DNA of 64,000 bases, taken from positions 223,697-287,696 of the forward strand of contig DCYT01000001.1 of assembly GCA_002331145.1 (NCBI GenBank), given 5' to 3'. Below the pieces are notes generated by a model. The model was not told the origin of the DNA and ran no database searches. It saw only the letters and a list, made by a program, of their open reading frames with translations. The translations under genes and the position numbers were made by a program. Below are positions 46,071 to 57,918 of this stretch, piece by piece (positions within the stretch are counted from its first letter, which is position 1; each line of letters begins with the position of its first letter). Source of the DNA: Candidatus Minusculum obligatum (GTDB lineage: Bacteria; Patescibacteriota; Minisyncoccia; Phycocordibacterales; Phycocordibacteraceae).

Positions 46071-46427
46071 TCATACGACCTGAGAAGCAGGGACACTTTC
46101 GAACCCTCTTCTTTGGCTCCGGGGATCCCAGTTAGGCTCATTTACCTTATGTCCCTTCTCATACACAGCCCGACAGGCATGCAGATCAGAAGGAGACATT
46201 CCTTGAACCTTCTTCATGGGAAGTTCGGCGCTCATTTCCGTAAGACGGAAATGCGTGAGAACTGCCTCATACCCTTCTTGGGTGAGATTCTTGCCTTCCC
46301 AGCGACAACCGACTTTCTCTGAAACACTCCAACCAGGAAGATTGTTGTGCTCCCAGTCAGCCTGAACTTGTCCGCACTCATCGATATTCACCGAATAGCA
46401 CGCCTTTTCTTCTGTAAGTAGGGACAC
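46071..46427 (-). CDS. 118-aa hypothetical protein (SD cassette)
   Basis: TTGACA-17-TATCTT, 5' hairpin, SD GGGAGG, GTG start, terminator AAGGCACATC-gcaaat-GATGTGCCTT-TTT. Confidence 0.7.
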   Translation of the reverse strand: MSLLTEEKACYSVNIDECGQVQADWEHNNLPGWSVSEKVGCRWEGKNLTQEGYEAVLTHFRLTEMSAELPMKKVQGMSPSDLHACRAVYEKGHKVNEPNWDPRSQRRGFESVPASQVV

Positions 46428-46498
46428 TTTCTTCCTCCCTGGCTATTGAGCTTAAGTGCTCCTAACCTGAAGATATTCCTGAAACAGGAAACTGTCAA

Positions 46499-47425
46499 CT
46501 AAGACTTAAGATATTTCTGTACTGCAAGGAAACTTGAGATGACACCAAGTACTACTCCTGCAGCAAGAAGCATGATGAATATGAACCCAAAGTTTGAAGT
46601 GTAATACTCAAATAGATTTACTCCCCCAAGCCATTCTTGTGTATATTCGGCAAAATAGAATGTAACCGGATAGAAGAAAATGATTGTAATAATTGTTGCA
46701 GCAACTCCATAGAGAACTCCTTCGATAATGAATGGCCCACGCACGTACATATTTGAAGCACCTACAAGACGCATAACTTTAATCTCTTCTCGTGCTGAAT
46801 AGATGGCAAGGCGGATAGTATTAAAGGCAATAATGATTGAAGCTGCAATGAAAACAAGGGCAAGAAGTATTCCTATTCTTTCTACTGCATCGGTAATACC
46901 ATTGAGACGCTCGATAACGATCTTATTTTGGAAATAATTAACATCATCAATAATTGAAACTCCTCCTGCCCCAAGAACTGGGTCTGTATCTAGAAATGCT
47001 GCAATGCTCTCATACTGAGATGGTTCTACAGCTTTAATGGCAAGAGAAGCACCAAGTGGGTTCTCCCCAAGCTCATCAAGAGCCTGAAGTGTTAGCTGAT
47101 CATCTTTATGTCGCTCTCTAAACTGAGCCAGAGCATCTTCCCTTGTTGTATATGTCACATATGAGACCTCAGGAAGGTCTTCTACCTGGTCTTTAAACTC
47201 AAGAATTTCAATCTCTGGAGCATCTACTACAAAATACACATTCACATCCACCTTATCTCGCACTTGATCAAGCACATTCGTAAGGGTGGCGCTCATAAAC
47301 ATAACTGACCCAATGATCATCAGAGTCACAGTCATAATCAGCACTGTCGCAAATGAAATAAAGCTATTACGGAAAAAGCTTGTGAGTCCTGCTTTGCAAA
47401 TTCGTTTTAGGTTTGTAAGAAACAT
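46499..47425 (-). CDS. ftsX: cell division permease FtsX
   Basis: ENPLGAS, FNTIRLAIYS.REEIKVMRLVGAS..VRGPF..EG. Confidence 0.93.
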   Translation of the reverse strand: MFLTNLKRICKAGLTSFFRNSFISFATVLIMTVTLMIIGSVMFMSATLTNVLDQVRDKVDVNVYFVVDAPEIEILEFKDQVEDLPEVSYVTYTTREDALAQFRERHKDDQLTLQALDELGENPLGASLAIKAVEPSQYESIAAFLDTDPVLGAGGVSIIDDVNYFQNKIVIERLNGITDAVERIGILLALVFIAASIIIAFNTIRLAIYSAREEIKVMRLVGASNMYVRGPFIIEGVLYGVAATIITIIFFYPVTFYFAEYTQEWLGGVNLFEYYTSNFGFIFIMLLAAGVVLGVISSFLAVQKYLKS

Positions 47426-47427
47426 GA

Positions 47428-48108
47428 TTACAAAATATACCTTCCCTGCTTATCATCTCGAACGATCTTTCCATTCTCCATGGTGATCACTCGACGCCCT
47501 ACTGCATCTACAACTCCCTTGTTGTGTGTTGTAAGAATGACAGTAGTACCAAGCTCATTAATCTTCTCCAAGATCTGCATGATTTCATGCGTATTAATTG
47601 GATCTAGATTTCCTGTTGGCTCATCAGCAATAATAACATCAGGCTGATTAATGATTGCGCGACCAATGGCAACACGCTGTCTTTCTCCACCAGAGAGTTC
47701 ATGCGGGAAGTGATCCCCTTTGTCTCCAAGACCTACAAGATCAAGAATGTGAGGCACATCAGATGCAATCTCTGCGTCAGTTCTCCCTGCTGCTTCCATA
47801 GCAAAAGCAATATTTTCGTATGTAGTTTTATTATCTATCAGACGGAAATCCTGGAACACTGTACCCATTCGCTTTCGATAATTATGCAGCTCCCCCCGAG
47901 GAAGTTCATTTACACAAGTAGACTCAAAGAAAACACTTCCTTCACTTGGAGACTCTTCTGCCAAAAGCATGCGAAGGAGCGTTGTTTTTCCAGCTCCTGA
48001 CTGCCCCACAATAGAAACAAACTCTTTAGGTCCAATAGAGAGCGTAATATCTTCTACGGCAGTGGCACCTTTGCCGTATTTTTTTGTTACCTTATCAAAA
48101 TAGATCAT
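47428..48108 (-). CDS. ftsE: cell division ATP-binding protein FtsE
   Basis: GQSGAGKTT, VFQDFRLI, LSGGERQR, ADEPTGNLD; upstream of ftsX. Confidence 0.93.
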   Translation of the reverse strand: MIYFDKVTKKYGKGATAVEDITLSIGPKEFVSIVGQSGAGKTTLLRMLLAEESPSEGSVFFESTCVNELPRGELHNYRKRMGTVFQDFRLIDNKTTYENIAFAMEAAGRTDAEIASDVPHILDLVGLGDKGDHFPHELSGGERQRVAIGRAIINQPDVIIADEPTGNLDPINTHEIMQILEKINELGTTVILTTHNKGVVDAVGRRVITMENGKIVRDDKQGRYIL

Positions 48109-48125
48109 GGCTGTTTTCCTCTATT

Positions 48126-48986
48126 CTACTGCCTCTCCTTCATTGCGTCTATAAAACTATCCAGGTCTCCTCCAAGAACTTTCTCTGGGTCACGAATTTC
48201 AAGATCAGTTCTATGATCTTTTACTAATTTATATGGATGTAATACGTATGAGCGTATCTGATTCCCCCACTCAATAGAAGTGTCTTTTGCAGTAGAGAGG
48301 TCACGGAGCTCGCTCTTTTGTTCTTCTTCCATCTTTTTTGCAAGTTTTCCTCGAAGGAGCGTCATGGCTTTTTCTCTATTTGCCTGCTGAGATCTCTCAT
48401 TTGAAGCATGCACTGAAATACCTGTGGGGATGTGTGTTATCCGCACAGCTGTTTCTCTTTTATTTACATTTTGCCCTCCTGCTCCCCCGCTTCGTGCAAA
48501 AGATAGTTCAATATCATCTGACGGAATAGAAAGTTCTGCATTCTCCTTAATAACAGGAAGCACCTCAATGAGGGCAAAGGATGTTTGTCTTTTTCCTGCT
48601 GCATTAAATGGAGAAAGTCTTACAAGCCTGTGTACACCAATCTCATGTTTGAGCGCTCCATATACATTCTTTCCAGAGATTTCTATCGTTGCATTTCGAT
48701 ACCCATCTAAATCATTTGGTGTTGTGTCGATAGTAAATACATCCCAACCTTTATTGCCCGCATATGATTGATACATACGAAGAAGCATTCCTGCAAAATC
48801 TTCTGCATCATCTCCCCCTGCTCCTGCAAGAACTGAGAGTACCGCTCCTCCACGGTCATATTTCCCAACACCATCTGCCTGATCTTTTAGCTCTTGCAGC
48901 TCTTTAATCATTGCTTGTGCTTTAGCACTATCATTCCAAAAAGAAGGCTCTAACATTGCCTCTTCTATTTCTTTTACGCGATCCAT
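48126..48986 (-). CDS. prfB: peptide chain release factor 2 (shortened, no frameshift)
   Basis: [14 protein letters not shown] (SPF tripeptide), [22 protein letters not shown]. Confidence 0.9.
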   Translation of the reverse strand: MDRVKEIEEAMLEPSFWNDSAKAQAMIKELQELKDQADGVGKYDRGGAVLSVLAGAGGDDAEDFAGMLLRMYQSYAGNKGWDVFTIDTTPNDLDGYRNATIEISGKNVYGALKHEIGVHRLVRLSPFNAAGKRQTSFALIEVLPVIKENAELSIPSDDIELSFARSGGAGGQNVNKRETAVRITHIPTGISVHASNERSQQANREKAMTLLRGKLAKKMEEEQKSELRDLSTAKDTSIEWGNQIRSYVLHPYKLVKDHRTDLEIRDPEKVLGGDLDSFIDAMKERQ

Positions 48987-49008
48987 TTTCTTGAGTATAA
49001 CAAATTAG

Positions 49009-49082
49009 AGCCACCGCGCGGAATTGAACCGCGGACCTCATCCTTACCATGGATGCGCTCTAACCAACTGAGCTACGGTGGC
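49009..49082 (-). tRNA. tRNA-Thr(GGT)
   Basis: GCCACCG acceptor, CATCC-AT-GGT-AA-GGATG. Confidence 0.93.
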
Positions 49083-49099
49083 GAAGTTACAAGATAGTA

Positions 49100-49573
49100 T
49101 CAAAGTTCCGGAATGAGCTCTAGGACTTCTTCATAGCTCTCTACAGCATGAACTCCTTCTGGAGCTTCTCCCTCTTCATTATATTTTCCGTGCCTAAACC
49201 AAATAGTTTTTGCGCCAAATTCTTTTCCAAGAGCAACTTCACTGTCCCTTCTGTCTCCTATCATCACAACCTCTTCTACCGAAGTTCCATACTCTTCTAA
49301 TATTTTTTTAAAATAGATTACTTTTTCTGCATCAGACTCTGCTACATACATATTGTCTATAACTTCAGTTAATCCAATTTGATGAATCTTAGATCGTTGA
49401 TATACAAAATCTCCTTTTGTTAGAACAACAATAGGAACACTTTGTGCGACAAGCACTTTGAACACCTTTGCAGCATCAGGAAAGAGCTCAAGCTCTCCTA
49501 TTTTATTTTCATCTCCCTCAAGCATATCTGTGTCACACAGCGTATTATCTAAATCTGTTACCCAAAGCTTCAT
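49100..49573 (-). CDS. HAD-superfamily hydrolase
   Basis: DLDNTL, LTKGD..YQRSKI, MIGDR.DSE. Confidence 0.88.
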   Translation of the reverse strand: MKLWVTDLDNTLCDTDMLEGDENKIGELELFPDAAKVFKVLVAQSVPIVVLTKGDFVYQRSKIHQIGLTEVIDNMYVAESDAEKVIYFKKILEEYGTSVEEVVMIGDRRDSEVALGKEFGAKTIWFRHGKYNEEGEAPEGVHAVESYEEVLELIPEL

Positions 49574-50529
49574 GATTGTATATATTCTACTATTGCTTCT
49601 GCTGTCTTCTCTGAATTATGCCTGGCAACATCCGCACGACTCATAAAGTTTTTTACCACAGTTTTTCGTGCATACTTTTCTATTTCTTCTGGAATCAAAG
49701 CAAGCATCTCTTTATTTTGTTCTTTATAGCGATCAAGAAGATCTTTTTCTAGCTCTCCCTCATTTACAAAAGCTACATCAAATTTTTCTTTGCCAATATA
49801 CGAAAGTAGTGTTTTTGCATACTCATGCACTCCCATGCCATGAGTCTCTCCCCACTTACTCATAATATTTGCTACAAAAATAAGTTTTGCATTACTTTCT
49901 TTAATAGCATCCTTAAATCCATCAACAAGCACATTTGCAATTATTGAGGTATAGAGATCTCCTGGCCCAAAGATAATATAATCTGCCTCTTTTATTGCTT
50001 CCTTTGCTTCTTTATTTAGAGTGGCTTCTGGCTCAAGCCACGCTTTTGTTATTTTTACACTTCCATCATGCTCTGGGTTGTCAATATTTGCCTCTTCTTT
50101 TATCACCTCTCCACTCTCAAGACCAACACAAAGGTGTGCATCATCTAGAGAAACTGGAAGTACCCTCCCTTTTATTGAAAAGAGCTTTGCAATTTCTTTT
50201 ATTCCTTCTACCTTATCTTTTGTTACGCGCTCTGCGGCAAGAAGAAAAAGATTTCCAAAGCTGTGATTGTGCAGACTTGAACCAGGAGATTCAAAACGAA
50301 CCTGGAAGAGTTCACGCAAAAATTGATCTCCACGATCTGGAGCAAGTGCCACAAGGGCCCTTCTTACATCTCCTCCGGGCAAGGTCCCGAATTCATCCCG
50401 AAGTACTCCCGTACTTCCTCCTGAGTCGAAGGTTGTAACAACAGAGGCAAGATCAAGATCGTAGTGCTTAAGTCCAGACAGAAGGTTGAAGCTTCCTGTT
50501 CCTCCTCCAATTGTTACCACTTTCTTCAT
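49570..50529 (-). CDS. yvcK: YvcK/CofD-like (UDP-GlcNAc-binding, gluconeogenesis factor) protein
   Basis: VVTIGGGTG, DSGGSTGVLR, HSFGNL, GPGDLYTSI. Confidence 0.9.
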   Translation of the reverse strand: MKKVVTIGGGTGSFNLLSGLKHYDLDLASVVTTFDSGGSTGVLRDEFGTLPGGDVRRALVALAPDRGDQFLRELFQVRFESPGSSLHNHSFGNLFLLAAERVTKDKVEGIKEIAKLFSIKGRVLPVSLDDAHLCVGLESGEVIKEEANIDNPEHDGSVKITKAWLEPEATLNKEAKEAIKEADYIIFGPGDLYTSIIANVLVDGFKDAIKESNAKLIFVANIMSKWGETHGMGVHEYAKTLLSYIGKEKFDVAFVNEGELEKDLLDRYKEQNKEMLALIPEEIEKYARKTVVKNFMSRADVARHNSEKTAEAIVEYIQS

Positions 50530-50590
50530 ATCAGTTAATCAAAACATATATAACAAAAGTCGGCCATATATGACCGACTTTTGCGCTCTG

Positions 50591-50664
50591 CGCGAGCGAC
50601 GAGACTCGAACTCGCAACCTCTCGCGTGACAGGCGAGTGCTCTAACCAGTTGAGCTACGCCCGC
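50591..50664 (-). tRNA. tRNA-Asp(GTC)
   Basis: GCGGGCG acceptor, CTCGC-CT-GTC-AC-GCGAG. Confidence 0.94.
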
Positions 50665-50732
50665 AGTACAAACTGCACTGCAGTTGCCATACCTTACCGG
50701 TTTTTTACTGTTACGGCAAGGGTTTAATCGTG

Positions 50733-50806
50733 TGTCGAGGGTGGGAATTGAACCCACGACCTCAGCTTTATGAGTGCTGCGCTCTAACCAACTGAGCTAC
50801 CCCGAC
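50733..50806 (-). tRNA. tRNA-CAT (elongator Met or Ile2)
   Basis: GTCGGGG acceptor, CT-CAT-AA loop, paired 1-72 position. Confidence 0.88.
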
Positions 50807-50921
50807 AAGTGTGGCGATATTAGCATAATTTTCTCATATATACACCCATATAAAAGTGCTTATATCTGTCTGCTACCATATACATATGTAGGTTTTATCC
50901 TAACTGCCTACGAACACTTAT

Positions 50922-51308
50922 ATGGATTTAACACTTCTTCTAACTCAAATAATTGGAGTTTATCTTCTTGTTGCAGGTCTTTCAGGACTTTTCTACCCTG
51001 ATCGGATGCAAAAAGCCATGGCGGAGATGACACGAAGCTATCTTCTACCCTACTTTGATGGTGCATTAGCACTTCTGCTTGGACTTCTGCTTGTGCTTAA
51101 CCACAATATCTGGGATTCAGCTGCAGAGATTATCATCTCTCTATTTGGATGGATTGCACTTGTGGAGGGACTTGCGCTTATGCTGCTACCTCATGGATTC
51201 ATCATGGGAATTGCAAAGAAAATGGTTTCAAAGCAAGCAGCTACAGGATGGAGCATTATTGCTATTCTTTTGGGAGCATATCTTGCATACATGGGATTCC
51301 TTGTATAA
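50922..51308 (+). CDS. four-TM hypothetical membrane protein
   Basis: 128 aa, GLLLVLNHNIW...IISLFGWIALVEG, followed by terminator 51323-51356. Confidence 0.8.
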   Translation: MDLTLLLTQIIGVYLLVAGLSGLFYPDRMQKAMAEMTRSYLLPYFDGALALLLGLLLVLNHNIWDSAAEIIISLFGWIALVEGLALMLLPHGFIMGIAKKMVSKQAATGWSIIAILLGAYLAYMGFLV

Positions 51309-51362
51309 AAGAATTTTTCTCCAAAACAAAAACCCGCATATGCGGGTTTTTGTTTTAACTTG

Positions 51363-51433
51363 TTGCGGGATCCGGATTCGAACCGGAGTCTGGAGGTTAT
51401 GAGCCTCCCGAGGTACCACTCCTCCATCCCGCG
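51363..51433 (-). tRNA. initiator tRNA-fMet(CAT)
   Basis: CGCGGGA 5' end with C1:A72 mismatch, GGAGG-CT-CAT-AA-CCTCC. Confidence 0.9.
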
Positions 51434-51474
51434 GTGTGGCGACAACTATACCAAAAATGGGTTATTTTTCAATA

Positions 51475-52065
51475 CTAATCAAAATGAAACTCGTCAAATA
51501 CTTGCTCAAACCACCTCATTGCCTGACGGGCTTCTCGCTCTGTTAGAACAAATTCTTGCCCCTTATGTGCAATCTCATTACGCACTTTGTGTGCTGCCCA
51601 CGCATATTGAAGCGTAGAGAAATCAGAAGGCTCAACGGCTTTTAGTTTTTCTCCAACTGTATCTCCATCATACCCCTGCACAGTTAGCATATCGTCGAGC
51701 ATGATATCTGCTTCAAGGATTGCCTGTCGCCAATTTGATTCCCCACCTCGGTCATAGAGTGCTTCGATCTTCTTCCACCTACTTTGTTCTACTTCATACT
51801 CCTCATCAGGAACGATAACAGCATCTTCAAAGAATTTATCGTCTGCTTTGCGAACCTGCCACAACCTATATGCTGAATAAATGAAAATTGTAAGGAGGAT
51901 AAGGGTTACGAACGTAGCAAAAAATGTAAATACGTTCCAAATTGTTACAAGCTGTCTGTAGAATTCACTCGCAAAGAATTCCTCCTCTCCTACAAGGTTA
52001 CCTCCATTTATAAGGAAGCTATATATCAAATAGAATATGTACTCTACATTTAAGTAGTTTTGCAT
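51475..52065 (-). CDS. membrane-anchored hypothetical protein with HEPN-like RNEIAH motif
   Basis: TM helix then AILEADIMLD..TVGEKLK..AHKVRNEIAH. Confidence 0.75.
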   Translation of the reverse strand: MQNYLNVEYIFYLIYSFLINGGNLVGEEEFFASEFYRQLVTIWNVFTFFATFVTLILLTIFIYSAYRLWQVRKADDKFFEDAVIVPDEEYEVEQSRWKKIEALYDRGGESNWRQAILEADIMLDDMLTVQGYDGDTVGEKLKAVEPSDFSTLQYAWAAHKVRNEIAHKGQEFVLTEREARQAMRWFEQVFDEFHFD

Positions 52066-52068
52066 TAC

Positions 52069-53478
52069 CTACTTAGTATACTCTTCTCCGGTTACATCGC
52101 TTCCAATTGTAAACAATCGCTCTTCACCAAAGTGTGGCGCCACAAACTGAATACCTACAGGCAGTTTTACTCCATCTCGATCCACTTCTCCCATTGGCAC
52201 TGAAATTCCAGGGTTTCCTGTTAGGTTTGCAGGAACAGTAAAGATATCTTGTGCATACATGGCAAGAGGATCGCTCTTCTCTCCAAATTTAAATGCTGGT
52301 GTTGCGGTACTTGGAGTTGCAAGAACATCTACTTTCTCAAAAATCTCTCGAAGTTCTGCTCGCATTACCTCCCGAGCTCGCTCTGCAGAGTTGTAGTACG
52401 CATCAATATATCCAGATGAAAGTACATATGTTCCAAGCAAGATACGCCTACGCACCTCTTCTCCAAATCCTTCTGTTCGAGTTTTGCTAAATGATTCATT
52501 GAAATCCTTTCCTTCTACTCTTGGCCCAAATCGAACTCCATCATAACGAGCTAGGTTTGTTGAAGCTTCAGCTGGCATAACAATGTAGTACACAGGGATT
52601 CCATACTTTGCAGTCTCAAACTTCACATCAACAACCTCATGCCCCTGCTCTTTGAGTTTTTCAAGTGAAGCTTCAAAGTGATTTAGCACATCCTCATCAA
52701 CCCCCTCCTTCATAAGATCTCGTGGTACTCCAATCTTCATCTTCTTTGAAGTTTCTACCTCCTTCCCACTCTGTGAAGTTGAATCTTTTGGATCAAGCCC
52801 TTTTATTGCATCAAAAACAATTTTTGCATCCTCTACATTTGTGGTTAATGGCCCAATCTGATCAAGTGACGATCCCATGGCCATAAGTCCATACCGAGAA
52901 ACTGCTCCATACGTTGGCTTAAGTCCTACAATTCCACAAAAACTTGCAGGCTGTCTAATAGATCCCCCAGTGTCTGACCCAAGTGCAACAGGCACAATAT
53001 CAAGACCAACTGCTGCAGCTGATCCGCCAGAGGACCCTCCTGGCACTCGAGTATCGTCTATCGGATTTAATGTCTTTTGGTAGGCAGAGTGTTCTGTTGA
53101 AGAGCCCATGGCAAACTCATCCATATTTGTTCGCCCAACAAGTACTGCTCCCTGTTCTTTAAGTTTTGCAATAACAGTAGCGTCATATGGCGCTACATAC
53201 CCATCAAGAATCTTTGACGCAGATGTTGCAACATGACCCTTCACGAGCATGTTGTCCTTTACAGCAATAGGGATTCCACAGAGCGCTGGAGCCTCTTCTC
53301 CTTTCTCATCTAGAAGCTTCTGAGCATATTCAGCCTGCTCTTTTGTATCATCATACAGCTCAAGGAATGCTCCATATGACTCCTTTGCTTTAGCATTTTG
53401 CAGTGCAGCATTTACAACCTCCTCAACTGAGAGTTCTTTTGAGAGAAGCTTTGCCCGAATGTCACTTATGCTAGTCAT
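52069..53478 (-). CDS. gatA: glutamyl-tRNA(Gln) amidotransferase subunit A
   Basis: [44 protein letters not shown]. Confidence 0.97.
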   Translation of the reverse strand: MTSISDIRAKLLSKELSVEEVVNAALQNAKAKESYGAFLELYDDTKEQAEYAQKLLDEKGEEAPALCGIPIAVKDNMLVKGHVATSASKILDGYVAPYDATVIAKLKEQGAVLVGRTNMDEFAMGSSTEHSAYQKTLNPIDDTRVPGGSSGGSAAAVGLDIVPVALGSDTGGSIRQPASFCGIVGLKPTYGAVSRYGLMAMGSSLDQIGPLTTNVEDAKIVFDAIKGLDPKDSTSQSGKEVETSKKMKIGVPRDLMKEGVDEDVLNHFEASLEKLKEQGHEVVDVKFETAKYGIPVYYIVMPAEASTNLARYDGVRFGPRVEGKDFNESFSKTRTEGFGEEVRRRILLGTYVLSSGYIDAYYNSAERAREVMRAELREIFEKVDVLATPSTATPAFKFGEKSDPLAMYAQDIFTVPANLTGNPGISVPMGEVDRDGVKLPVGIQFVAPHFGEERLFTIGSDVTGEEYTK

Positions 53479-53755
53479 TTGAAATAATTTTAGGAACTAC
53501 AATATTCTTTCCCTTTGCAGTTGCTGCGGTTTTAAGGAGGTCGTCCGTGAAGAGGCCACCTTCATGCGGCTCTCCATCCTCTCGCATAATGTTTTTGTGC
53601 TCAATTACAGGTTTTGCATCTCCTGAGATCTCCTGTACCTGAGATACAAAATCTACAATGTCAGACATTTCCTTTGCTAGAGTCTCTGTCTCTTCCTGCG
53701 AAACATTGATTCGGGCAAGCTCTGCGAGTTTTTCTACGTCTCCTTTATCTACCAT
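53471..53755 (-). CDS. gatC: amidotransferase subunit C
   Basis: VEKLAELARI, NIMRED, VPKI; upstream of gatA. Confidence 0.88.
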   Translation of the reverse strand: MVDKGDVEKLAELARINVSQEETETLAKEMSDIVDFVSQVQEISGDAKPVIEHKNIMREDGEPHEGGLFTDDLLKTAATAKGKNIVVPKIISND

Positions 53756-53774
53756 ATGGCGCTATGCTAGCACG

Positions 53775-56208
<2,434 letters not shown>

Positions 56209-56212
<4 letters not shown>

Positions 56213-56712
56213 AGCCAATTAAATAAACGTTCCTCCACCGTTACGTTCCTCGTTACCCCTCTTTGTGTCCAACGAACCTCAACATCAACCAACACCTCAT
56301 GTGCTTGGATTTGTGTAATTGAAATAGTTCGAACATACCTTGTATCTGTACCATTTTGATACCCAAACAATCCTGTAGAGCTCTGCCGCAGAAACGGACA
56401 TGTTCCAGAACATGATGTAATTGTAGGATATGTTGCAACAGAGCTGTCGATAGTACAGTTTCCACCAACACACGGACCTAGGTCCTGCAGCCAATTTGCC
56501 TCATTTGAGAGGTAGTTATGGTCTCGAACACTTCGCACATACTCAATTCCTTCTTGGGCCAAGAATGATGCAGTTGTTCTGTCTCGCGCTGTAGCAGCTG
56601 AGGTAAAACTTTGCTGAGCAATAAAGAGCGGCCCGGTAATAGAAAGTGTCAAAACAAAGATCGCTACGAGCGTTTCAACCAATGTAAATCCTTGTGTGCT
56701 TTGATATCTCAT
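56209..56712 (-). CDS. PilV-like minor pilin
   Basis: QG|FTLVETLVAI, LAQEGIEYVRSVRD. Confidence 0.85.
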
Positions 56713-56713
56713 A

Positions 56714-57274
56714 CTATAGGTCAATTATTCTCTGTGTTACCGTCGACTGAATTGAAAAGTCAGAAGTCTCCTCTCCACTCTCTGCAGTCCCAGAGAGCGC
56801 AATCATCACACGAGGCTGAAACTGATCTGATCCTGATGCACCAAAGACAAAGAAGTTGAATTCTTCAATATCTACATTGGTAGAGGTAATCTCGATCCAG
56901 CCAAGAGAAGATCCTTCTGCAATAGGCACAAGCTGCCTTTCGATGAATCCTCGACCTCCAACTTGACGGTGTCGATACCGCACTCGATATTCTTCATTGT
57001 TTATTACCGCATTTAGCTGCAGACGATTGCTCCCACTTGCACAATCACTCCCCACAGAGAAATTACATCCGTAGGAATATCCTGTACGAATTGTTCGCGC
57101 CATACTCTCAAGTGAGAAATTCAGATCAGTAATCACACTATTTAGCGCCTGAGCTCTTTTATTCTCTGACACAAGCGTAAAGAGCGCACTCATTCCAACC
57201 AACATAACTACACTAAAGAGTGCAACTGACACCATCATCTCAATCAATGTAAACCCTCTTACGGAATCTGACAT
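56714..57274 (-). CDS. PilW/GspJ-like minor pilin
   Basis: RG|FTLIEMMVSV, LESMARTIRTG. Confidence 0.85.
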   Translation of the reverse strand: MSDSVRGFTLIEMMVSVALFSVVMLVGMSALFTLVSENKRAQALNSVITDLNFSLESMARTIRTGYSYGCNFSVGSDCASGSNRLQLNAVINNEEYRVRYRHRQVGGRGFIERQLVPIAEGSSLGWIEITSTNVDIEEFNFFVFGASGSDQFQPRVMIALSGTAESGEETSDFSIQSTVTQRIIDL

Positions 57275-57918
57275 GTTGTTTCAATAGATACTTGCCCTGT
57301 TGGCCTAACCCTTACACACCGAGTAGCGTTCCCGTCTTGAGATCTCAGGATAATAAGTGCTGACTCATAGAGACTTGTTCCTCCTCCTGTTCTTCCCACG
57401 ATAACCGCATCAGGATTGGGGCGCCTAAACTGGACAGAAAGATCGAGCAGTGATCCTGGAGTGCTGATACCTGTACTACACGTTGCTGCTCCTGCTCTAA
57501 TTCCGCAGAATCGATCAATGAAGTTTCCTCGTGTAATTGTCGTTGTCTCTACAATCTCTGTATCATTAGTAAATCGCTCATCATCATTTAAATCGGCGTA
57601 CAAAACGTACTCTGTTCTATTTGCTGGATCGTATTCAAAGTGCACTCCATAGAGAAAGTCCTCAGTTGCTCCAATACGCGCAGATCCCTCAAACTCTCTT
57701 ACCGAAATACCAAATACCTGTGCCTGCCGCACTGAAAGTCCTACCTCATAAGCAAGGTTCGTAAGGGCAAGCGTTTCATTAAATTGATTGTGCTGCACGA
57801 GCGCTACACTCGTAATCACAATAATAATTCCCATTGAAACGAGAAGCTCAACAAGAGTAAACCCCTTCTTTAGAAGAAGACCGATGGTAGAAGGTTTAGT
57901 TGTAGTAGATACGCGCAT
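57259..57918 (-). CDS. FimT/GspH-like minor pilin
   Basis: KG|FTLVELLVSM, SVRQAQ, YGVHF, QFRRPNPD. Confidence 0.85.
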   Translation of the reverse strand: MRVSTTTKPSTIGLLLKKGFTLVELLVSMGIIIVITSVALVQHNQFNETLALTNLAYEVGLSVRQAQVFGISVREFEGSARIGATEDFLYGVHFEYDPANRTEYVLYADLNDDERFTNDTEIVETTTITRGNFIDRFCGIRAGAATCSTGISTPGSLLDLSVQFRRPNPDAVIVGRTGGGTSLYESALIILRSQDGNATRCVRVRPTGQVSIETTCQIP

